From NCBI GenBank assembly GCA_000934665.2, contig KZ538975.1:1-37946 (forward strand): a stretch of DNA of 37,946 bases, written 5' to 3'. The DNA is from Catajapyx aquilonaris. Lineage: Eukaryota. Of this stretch, positions 37,001-37,946 are shown piece after piece (position 1 is the first letter of the stretch; every line of letters starts with the position of its first letter). The position numbers and the translations under genes are program-made. The notes beneath the pieces were generated by a model. The model did not search any database. It worked only from the letters and a program-made list of their open reading frames with translations, and was not told the DNA's origin.

Positions 37001-37946
37001 AGATATGAATATTATTCATTACCGGTATCTACTTTTACCATGTCAACTTCCAACATTACAGCTTATTCACAATTTTATATTTACCTTTTTAGCTGTCAAC
37101 AGAATACATCTTTTTCATTAAGAATCTTAGTTGATGTACAAAAATTAACATTTTATCAGGATGTAAATGAAATAAGTGCACATATTTTGAGGAATAATAG
37201 TGACTAGAAAGAAACATTTTTCACCAATACACTTGGTGGTCAGAAAAGGAGAGCTTGTGACGTCTCTCTCTCACACACATCATAATCCTAGTAACCATAT
37301 CGTTACCATACTATTACTAGAGTCCTTTCTGTGCCTATCTCATTTTATGACGGAACGACTGCTGTGGTAGTATGGTAACCCATGGCAGTTACGAAGATTT
37401 AGATGTGTGGGGGTGTGTGCGTCTGTCTGTGAGAGACAGAGACGCATCACAAACCCTCATTTTTCGATGGAATGATGCATCTGCGGCACCCATTGCATTG
37501 GCAAAAATGTTCCTTTCTAGCCACTCTATTTTTCCTAAAAATATGTGCATTTATTTCATTTACACCCTGCATAACCTCTTTCTTATTTGGTAGTACCATT
37601 TGCACAGTGCCACTAAAATCAAGAAATTATGATTTGCCTGACATATCTGGTGACTTACAAATCGTATGTTACAGATTAAGTTAAGTCAAGGCCATCATTC
37701 AAAATAAAAGGTCCGTCTCTGAATATACTATCATAAAAGTGGTTTTATCTGTTAAGCTCCTTGTACTGTAGAACCCATCCTTGTACCATGGGCCATTATA
37801 AACCACACTTTATACCTTTTCATCTTGGTCTTTCCCACTACTACTCTTCGCTAAACGCCTTGGCTTTCTTGGTGTACCAGACGGTGTCACAGATGGAGTG
37901 GCCTCTGTGGCAGGACCTCGGGTCACAGCAGGGGCACCCTCAACTT
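9852..37946 (-). CDS. Jasper: LEDGF/HDGFRP2-family (JASPer-like) protein, 5'-partial spliced gene: 37816->37946, 27877-27996, 27677-27796, 27350-27596, 22343-22422, 22194-22276, 16912-17086, 16798-16851, 16674-16739, 9852-10043
   Basis: All ten exons join in frame with compatible phases and splice sites. The C-terminus KLLRYEARLIELESEIRVSLNCKSADCRKCIELVEELIKLSVSPLMLKKNPEIVETVRKLRHYVGN...IRQKGDVVYHRFKDMFVVPEG is recognisable as the LEDGF/IBD domain in its arthropod form. PWWP is not in the window; orthology is from recall and not searched. Extra exons in the long introns cannot be excluded. Confidence 0.85.
10177..10204. repeat. (GT)14 microsatellite
   Basis: Directly visible. Confidence 0.95.
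10860..11678. mobile_element. Degenerate TIR element, superfamily unknown
   Basis: Imperfect ~60-bp inverted termini CTATTGTTTATCTGCACCTTAACAACACGGT / ACCGCGTCGCTAGGTGCAGAAAAACGATAG; CpG-rich interior; no clean TSD. Confidence 0.6.
12905..14024. mobile_element. Non-autonomous Kolobok-type DNA transposon, copy 1
   Basis: TTAA TSD (12901-12904, 14025-14028); termini AGGGACACTCCACTCAAAATACA / TGTATTTTGAGTGGAGTGTCCCT; near-identical TIRs over 120 bp. TTAA with purine-purine termini fits Kolobok. Confidence 0.88.
15021..15300. mobile_element. Probable PIF/Harbinger-type end fragment
   Basis: TTA followed by GGGCCCGATTTCTCGAA, a Harbinger-like terminus; partner end not found and right boundary approximate. 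Confidence 0.35.
15307..15960. mobile_element. Palindromic MITE (~650 bp foldback)
   Basis: GTGTCATTTTTTGACT... / ...AGTCAAAAAATGACAC, with arms pairing for nearly 300 bp. Confidence 0.85.
16674..16739 (-). CDS. LEDGF-domain gene exon (AEFESQAEIIRQKGDVVYHRFK)
   Basis: ctgcAG acceptor at 16741-16740, donor AAG|GTATGA; phase 0/0. Confidence 0.9.
16798..16851 (-). CDS. LEDGF-domain gene exon (LRHYVGNPDVWGQTEEDK)
   Basis: ctgcAG acceptor at 16853-16852, donor AAG|GTAAGT; phase 0/0. Confidence 0.9.
16912..17086 (-). CDS. LEDGF-domain gene exon, IBD core (LLRYEARLIELE...PEIVETVRK)
   Basis: ttttctAG acceptor at 17088-17087 (phase 2); non-canonical donor AAG|GCAAGT (phase 0). Confidence 0.9.
17135..17929. 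mobile_element. hAT-family MITE (family A) with a second MITE inserted in its left terminus
   Basis: 8-bp TSD CTTCAGGC at 17127-17134 and 17930-17937; ends CACGGTC... / ...AGTGTCCGGGGGCTG; palindromic body ~17610-17895 homologous to the subtermini of 32553-33656. Confidence 0.85.
17141..17572. mobile_element. Palindromic MITE with 7-bp TSD (possibly P-element-related)
   Basis: TIR CAGGGAGCATATACTACATA / TATGTAGTATATGCTCCCTG; direct repeat CCACGGT at 17134-17140 and 17573-17579. Confidence 0.85.
18130..18760. repeat. Diverged tandem array, ~170-180 bp unit, ~3.5 copies
   Basis: Recurring TGTGTT(T)GGAACAATTTTC...CTAGAAGTCCCTAAATTAATTT near 18243, 18422 and 18590; a dispersed monomer at ~6060-6175. 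Boundaries approximate. Confidence 0.75.
18785..18995. mobile_element. Tc1/mariner-type MITE
   Basis: TA TSD; TIR CCCCCGCGAGCATAAAGATGGAGACGGCAG / CTGCCGTCTCCATCTTTATGCTCGCGGGTG. Confidence 0.85.
20399..20780. mobile_element. hAT-family MITE (family B), copy 1
   Basis: 8-bp TSD GGTAGAAG at 20391-20398 and 20781-20788; CAG...CTG termini; reverse-complement homologue at 33083-33379. Confidence 0.88.
22194..22276 (-). CDS. LEDGF-domain gene exon (EPRGDEQERRKIEMRNERLLECRRNKFK)
   Basis: ttcacAG acceptor at 22278-22277 (phase 0); donor AA|GTAAGT (phase 2) matches the acceptor at 17087. Confidence 0.85.
22343..22422 (-). CDS. LEDGF-domain gene exon (AESPESPDSPMARRAVGKLGLKYLSLI)
   Basis: ttaacAG acceptor at 22424-22423 (phase 1); donor ATA|GTAAGT; 66-nt intron to the next exon. 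Confidence 0.8.
22503..23547. mobile_element. Non-autonomous piggyBac-type element with internal direct and inverted repeats
   Basis: TTAA TSD (22499-22502, 23548-23551); termini CCCTTTGAT / ATCAAAGGG; repeated TCACCGATTTTCTTCAAATTCGGTGCATTGGTAGCCCAC blocks and a GATTACCCCC minisatellite. Confidence 0.85.
25026..26304. mobile_element. Second, right-truncated copy of the Sola2-like element, interrupted by Kolobok
   Basis: Starts GGGTCATTCCATGTCAGTTGGG and is colinear with 7315-~7995; followed by another diverged TIR start at ~26306. Confidence 0.8.
25501..26098. mobile_element. Non-autonomous Kolobok-type element, copy 2
   Basis: TTAA TSD (25497-25500, 26099-26102); same terminal AGGGACACTCCACTC as copy 1, different interior. 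Confidence 0.88.
27350..27596 (-). CDS. LEDGF-domain gene exon, K/D/E-rich linker (EIPKSDYK...KDAGKK...DSDRQ)
   Basis: ttttacgcAG acceptor at 27598-27597 (phase 0); donor AAG|GTTTGC (phase 1) matches the acceptor at 22423. Confidence 0.82.
27677..27796 (-). CDS. LEDGF-domain gene duplicated exon copy 2 (ETPKSDKIEVVDLGSSQDSTASVQIIKQLVLKKDETEIEK)
   Basis: gtgcAG acceptor, AAG|GTAGAC donor, phase 0/0. Confidence 0.75.
27877..27996 (-). CDS. LEDGF-domain gene duplicated exon copy 1 (ESPKSDKIEVVDLGSSQDSAASVQITKQLVPKKDETEIEK)
   Basis: gtgcAG acceptor, AAG|GTAGAC donor, phase 0/0. Confidence 0.75.
28046..28296. mobile_element. Sola-like MITE
   Basis: TSD AATT (28042-28045, 28297-28300); TIR GAGGCGCTCAGAGGAAGAA / TTCTTCCTCTGAGCGCCTC. 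Confidence 0.85.
28454..29156. mobile_element. Tc1/mariner-type palindromic MITE (nested)
   Basis: TA TSD; CAGGGTGTATATTGTAATTC / GAATTACAATATACACCCTG. Confidence 0.85.
28609..28707. mobile_element. 99-bp Tc1/mariner-type MITE (third nesting level)
   Basis: TA TSD; CAGTGTTGGTCATAAAT / ATTTATGACCAACACTG. Confidence 0.85.
29207..29747. mobile_element. Tc1/mariner-type palindromic MITE (nested)
   Basis: TA TSD; CAGGGTGGGCACGTAAGGGG / CCCCTTACTTCGTGACCACCCTG, long paired arms. Confidence 0.8.
30110..30747. mobile_element. pogo/Tigger-like MITE, degenerate
   Basis: CAGTAAAAGCTAGATATAAC / TTATATAGAGATTTTACTG(TA) termini with repeated TATAAC subterminal motifs. Confidence 0.6.
31002..31169. mobile_element. 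PIF/Harbinger (Tourist-like) MITE
   Basis: TTA TSD (30999-31001, 31170-31172); AGGTGCGTTCACATG / CATGTAAACGTACCT. Confidence 0.75.
31911..32521. mobile_element. Diverged relative of the piggyBac-type element at 22503
   Basis: Shares the GACTACCCCC minisatellite, the TCACCGATTTTCTTGAAATTCGG block and a right end TCAAAGGG(TCAA); left boundary approximate. Confidence 0.65.
32880..33401 (-). pseudogene. hAT transposase C-terminal dimerisation-region remnant, split by a MITE and frameshifted
   Basis: Removing 33083-33379 plus one TSD gives LVLVLPHSNAAEERVFSMIRKNKTEFRGSL, then a frameshift to GTLSSIMTVKMENLNSATFKPPKEVLLTAKKAT; the P-x-S-x4-ERVFS pattern is the hATC motif. Confidence 0.85.
33083..33379. 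mobile_element. hAT-family MITE (family B), copy 2
   Basis: 8-bp TSD AGTGAGGT at 33075-33082 and 33380-33387; termini CAGCCCTATGACACTCC / GGAAGTGACACGGGGCTG. Confidence 0.9.
35290..36420. mobile_element. Old, degenerate ~1.1-kb foldback element
   Basis: Paired segments such as TTTTTGGTGCAAATGG / CCATTTGCACCAAAAA and AATGGCATTTAGTTTA / TAAACTAAATGCCATT, symmetric around ~35900; ends approximate. Confidence 0.6.
37157..37569. mobile_element. Tc1/mariner-type palindromic MITE, degenerate
   Basis: CAGGATGTAAATGAAATAAGTGCACATATTTT / AAAATATGTGCATTTATTTCATTTACACCCTG. Confidence 0.75.
37816..37946 (-). CDS. LEDGF-domain gene exon, partial (VEGAPAVTRGPATEATPSVTPSGTPRKPRRLAKSSSGKDQDEK)
   Basis: Open frame to the window edge, donor AAG|GTATAA phase 0 compatible with the acceptor at 27997; T/P/K-rich linker composition. 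Confidence 0.7.

Noticed and set aside
37850..37880. AT-hook in TPRKPRR
   Set aside because: It lacks the core GRP; at most a basic NLS-like or CDK-site motif.

Overview
Eukaryotic, intron-rich genomic DNA, most likely from an arthropod (inferred from the gene family, 58-80 nt small introns and the transposon spectrum). It holds two convergent protein-coding genes. The first is a plus-strand F-box/leucine-rich-repeat gene whose large last coding exon is 2141-3220; its start exon is not resolved. The second is a minus-strand LEDGF/HDGFRP2-family (JASPer-like) chromatin-reader gene: 10 exons from the window end to a stop at 9852 splice in frame by hand and encode a low-complexity linker plus the C-terminal LEDGF/integrase-binding domain (IBD), with the expected PWWP exons beyond 37946. 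That gene has a recent 200-bp exon+intron tandem duplication, a GC-AG intron and a candidate alternative terminal/poison exon that would remove the IBD. Introns and intergenic DNA are packed with non-autonomous DNA transposons (hAT, Kolobok, Sola2-like, piggyBac, Tc1/mariner, pogo-like, Harbinger), many with readable target-site duplications (TSDs) and several nested, plus a tRNA-derived SINE head. I see no CRISPR array, intact transposase or prokaryote-type system, and no clear evidence of a wholly new biological system; the best leads concern isoform and exon evolution of the LEDGF-domain gene and transposon nesting.
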